A DNA stretch of 64,000 nucleotides from an uncultured Candidatus Binatia bacterium (GTDB lineage Bacteria; Desulfobacterota; Binatia; Bin18), in the NCBI GenBank assembly GCA_965200965.1, contig OZ241744.1, positions 1,184,001-1,248,000 on the forward strand. The letters are read 5' to 3'. A program made the position numbers and the translations under genes. Within the stretch, counting starts at the first letter, position 1; each line of letters opens with the position of its first letter. Shown here piece after piece: positions 62,347 through 64,000 of this stretch. Below the pieces are notes generated by a model. The model was not told the origin of the DNA. It saw nothing but the letters and a program-made list of their open reading frames with translations, and did not search any database.

Positions 62347-63287
62347 CCATCTGCCTCCTTTCCCTGTCTCTCGCGTCCAATAACCTGTTCGACCGCCGGA
62401 ATGCTCTTGAAATAGCCGGCCACAGCCCGGGCATCCGCGTCGCTCATATCTTGGTAGCCCCCTTCGGGGATGCCTTCAATCACGAGCGCCATCAAGCCCT
62501 GGACAGTATCAAAGTTGGGCAAAAAGCCGCTGCGCAACAGGGTCACGATTTCGTCCTCACTCCAGTCGCCAATCCCGGTCTTGACATCCGGGGTGATGTT
62601 GGGCGCGATCTTGCCATCAATCCCGTCTGGATTGCCGGCCATATAGCGTGAGGGGTCAAGCGTGCCGGTCCACCGCCGTGGGCTATGGCACTCCTGGCAG
62701 TGGGCGACATGCTGACTGATGTACGCCCCGCGCTCAATTCCGCCCTGGGGTGAACTGGCCGGGGCCTGCACCGGCTCAAAAAACAGCCAGCGCCACGCCC
62801 GCATGGCCAGCCCGGCAAACGGGATCGAGAGCGCATGGGGCTGATTCGTCCGAGCCACAGGCGGCAGGCTACGCAGATAGGCGACGAGGGCTTCGACATC
62901 CATGTCGCTTATACCGCTCAGAGCCGGGTATGGCATGACCGGACTCATGACCGAGCCATCGGGCCGGACGCCTCGGCGAATCGCGTCAATAATCTGTTGA
63001 TCGGTCCAGGTGCCGATCCCGTGCTCTGCGTCGGGCGTGATATTTGTTCCATAAAAGATGCCATAGGGGGTGGTGAGCGGCCGGCCGCCGGCATTGACCG
63101 CCCCGCCTTCGGCCGTATGACAGCCACACCCGCCGGCCAGGGCAAAGACGTAGCGGCCACGGACAAGCAACTCGTCAGGAGGCTGGGCGTAGCCGGGCGT
63201 GGCAAGCCGGCCGCCGCTCAGCGGCCAAGCGACCAGCCCGACGAACACAATGGGCCAGAATCGCGGCCCGCGTCTTGCCTTGCGCAT
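62343..63287 (-). CDS. Diheme cytochrome c (alcohol/gluconate dehydrogenase cytochrome-like)
   Basis: RGRYV..LAGGCGCHT, NITPD..HGIG.W, MPY, RGAYI..HVAHCQECHSPR, PNITPD. Confidence 0.9.
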   Translation of the reverse strand: MRKARRGPRFWPIVFVGLVAWPLSGGRLATPGYAQPPDELLVRGRYVFALAGGCGCHTAEGGAVNAGGRPLTTPYGIFYGTNITPDAEHGIGTWTDQQIIDAIRRGVRPDGSVMSPVMPYPALSGISDMDVEALVAYLRSLPPVARTNQPHALSIPFAGLAMRAWRWLFFEPVQAPASSPQGGIERGAYISQHVAHCQECHSPRRWTGTLDPSRYMAGNPDGIDGKIAPNITPDVKTGIGDWSEDEIVTLLRSGFLPNFDTVQGLMALVIEGIPEGGYQDMSDADARAVAGYFKSIPAVEQVIGRERQGKEADG

Positions 63288-63291
63288 CCCT

Positions 63292-63382
63292 CTGTCCCCC
63301 CTGCTTGTACGGAGAAACTGTAAATAACCCCAACCCACGCCCTCCTCAAACGCTGTCCCCCCTGCTTGTACGGAGAAACTGT
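63292..63382. repeat. Two identical 30-bp direct repeats with a 31-bp spacer (61-bp period), CRISPR I-E-like
   Basis: CTGTCCCCCCTGCTTGTACGGAGAAACTGT at 63292-63321 and 63353-63382. Confidence 0.85.
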
Positions 63383-63450
63383 CCCAGGCGCAAGCCAGGT
63401 CAAGAGACTGGGCTTGCGCTGCTGTCCCCGGCCTGCTAGACTGCCGGCTC

Positions 63451-63909
63451 GTGCAAACTGTTGGACTGACGGCGAGCGTCACCGGCTTCCTGCTTATCGG
63501 CATGGCCACCCTGGTATACCTGTTCAGCGTCTTGGGCGAGGCCAGTCTCGACTTGGGCCGGACCTACCAGTTGTACGCCGATTTCACCAGCGCCAGCGGC
63601 CTTGAACCCGGCGCGGTGGTTGAGGTGGCCGGTGTGACAGTCGGCCGGGTCAACGCCGTCTGGCGTATTGACAGCCGCGCCCGAGTCAGCTTCTCGGTCC
63701 GCAAGGATATCCAGCTTCAGGAAGATACCATCGCCTCAATAAAAACCCGTGGTCTGCTCGGCGGCCTCTACCTGACCCTGTCCTTGGGCGGCTCTGACCG
63801 GATTCTGGGACCCGGTGACACAATTCGTGAAACCGAAGCCCCGCTGGATATTCCAGGCTTGATGTCCGCCTACGTCGCCTCCCAGCGTGCGACATCCGGT
63901 GGACACTAG
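63451..63909 (+). CDS. mlaD: MlaD/MCE-domain lipid asymmetry protein
   Basis: N-terminal TM helix, ADF.SASGL..GA.V.VAGV.VGRV, ASIKTRGLLG..Y..L..GG. Confidence 0.9.
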   Translation: MQTVGLTASVTGFLLIGMATLVYLFSVLGEASLDLGRTYQLYADFTSASGLEPGAVVEVAGVTVGRVNAVWRIDSRARVSFSVRKDIQLQEDTIASIKTRGLLGGLYLTLSLGGSDRILGPGDTIRETEAPLDIPGLMSAYVASQRATSGGH

Positions 63910-64000
63910 GCCACCCCCTCTATTCCCGGTCGTCCCTGCGCTTTTTCCGGCGGTAGGCGGCCGGCTTCATCCGCACAGCCCAACACCGTGGACAGCGCCA

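Noticed and set aside
63920-64000. Possible 3' end of a minus-strand gene at the window edge
   Set aside because: Too short to support a call.

Overview
GC-rich (about 62% by eye) bacterial chromosomal window. The gene content suggests a deltaproteobacteria-like lineage such as Binatia, but this is inference only. About 1-31 kb is an accessory catabolic and detoxification region: a P450, two Baeyer-Villiger monooxygenases, F420-dependent LLM/Ddn enzymes, crotonases, a CoA transferase, EthD/SnoaL/PhyH proteins, an esterase, an AHL-lactonase, FadL, three GSTs and a cyclase. It is interrupted by lower-GC defence or mobile inserts: a BanI-like restriction-modification pair, a BrnT toxin with a chimeric antitoxin, and several methyltransferase, MNT and nitroreductase remnants. 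About 32-64 kb is mostly core: hemE-hemH-hemY, type II topoisomerase A/B, gloA, nadA-nrtR, mutS-mutL-dusB followed by an inactive-transglutaminase/ATP-grasp pair, an acyl-CoA dehydrogenase, a stand-alone EF-G, tRNA-Leu(TAA), an unknown lipoprotein/secreted-protein pair, two cytochromes c and mlaD. Top observations: (1) a UGA-readthrough selenoprotein (UxxC) truncated by the ORF track; (2) a BanI-like endonuclease paired with an atypical double-domain amino-methyltransferase, alongside apparent total absence of GGCGCC; (3) an orphan repeat-spacer-repeat unit with a 61-bp period resembling type I-E CRISPR; (4) a CxCH heme motif; (5) a FadL with a duplicated Cys-containing C-terminal module; (6) a tripartite chimeric antitoxin. 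All family calls come from motif recognition by eye, with no database searches.
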